Positions 63,601 to 64,000 of a DNA stretch of 64,000 nt are shown one piece after another. Location of the stretch: contig JAGIQG010000004.1 of the NCBI GenBank assembly GCA_024679065.1, forward strand, positions 57,660,001-57,724,000, given 5' to 3'. The first letter of the stretch is position 1, and every line of letters begins with the position of its first letter. The notes below the pieces were generated by a model, which had not been told where the DNA came from, did no database searches, and was given only the letters and a program-made list of their open reading frames with translations. Source of the DNA: Sphyrna mokarran (taxonomy: Eukaryota). Both the position numbers and the translations under genes were made by a program.

Positions 63601-64000
63601 AAAACATAAGAACATAAGAAATAGGAGCAGGAGTCGGCCATTCAGCCCCTCGAGCCTGTCCCGCTATTCAATAAGATCATGGCTGATCTGTAGTGGTTCA
63701 GTACCACTTTCCCGCTTTCTCCCCGTAACCCTTAGTTCCCTTGTCAATTAAAAATCTATCCACTCTTGACTTGAATATATTCAGCGAGGAAGTCTCCATC
63801 ACCTCATCAGGCAGAGAATTCCAAAGATTCACCACCCTCTGCGTGAAGAAACCCCTCCACAACTTTGATCTGAACCGCCCCCCCCCCCCCACCACCCCCC
63901 TCCTAATCTTGAGGCTGTGTCCTTTAGTCCTGCTATCTTTGCTAAGCGGGAAGAGTCTCTCAACCTCTACCCTATCCATCCCCTTCATTATCTTATACGT
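63601..64000 (-). mobile_element. CR1 LINE 3' end, running off the window
   Basis: Tail aacataagaacataagaa; FFTQRVVNLWNSLP. Confidence 0.9.

Overview
Eukaryotic (vertebrate) DNA, almost certainly from a shark or other elasmobranch, judging by the HE1-type V-SINEs, Deu-type SINEs and abundant CR1 LINEs. The window is mostly intron of one + strand gene of the hnRNP C / RALY / RALYL family. Two coding exons are clear (37919-38079, basic region; 54322-54435, leucine-zipper-like oligomerisation helix) and one more is probable (63047-63102). I did not find the RRM exons in the window. The protein mixes HNRNPC, RALY and RALYL features and may be a fourth paralog. The rest is dense with repeats: many CR1 and other LINE fragments (L2, RTE, Rex1), a decayed PIF/Harbinger transposon, SINEs, MITE-like elements and Penelope-derived fold-back elements carrying minimal hammerhead ribozyme motifs. 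There are also two G-rich minisatellites (41 bp and about 21 bp units), each interrupted by a young CR1 insertion. Nearly all other ORFs in the track are transposon remnants or spurious. Repeat boundaries were read by eye and are approximate, and family names come from recalled consensus features rather than database searches.
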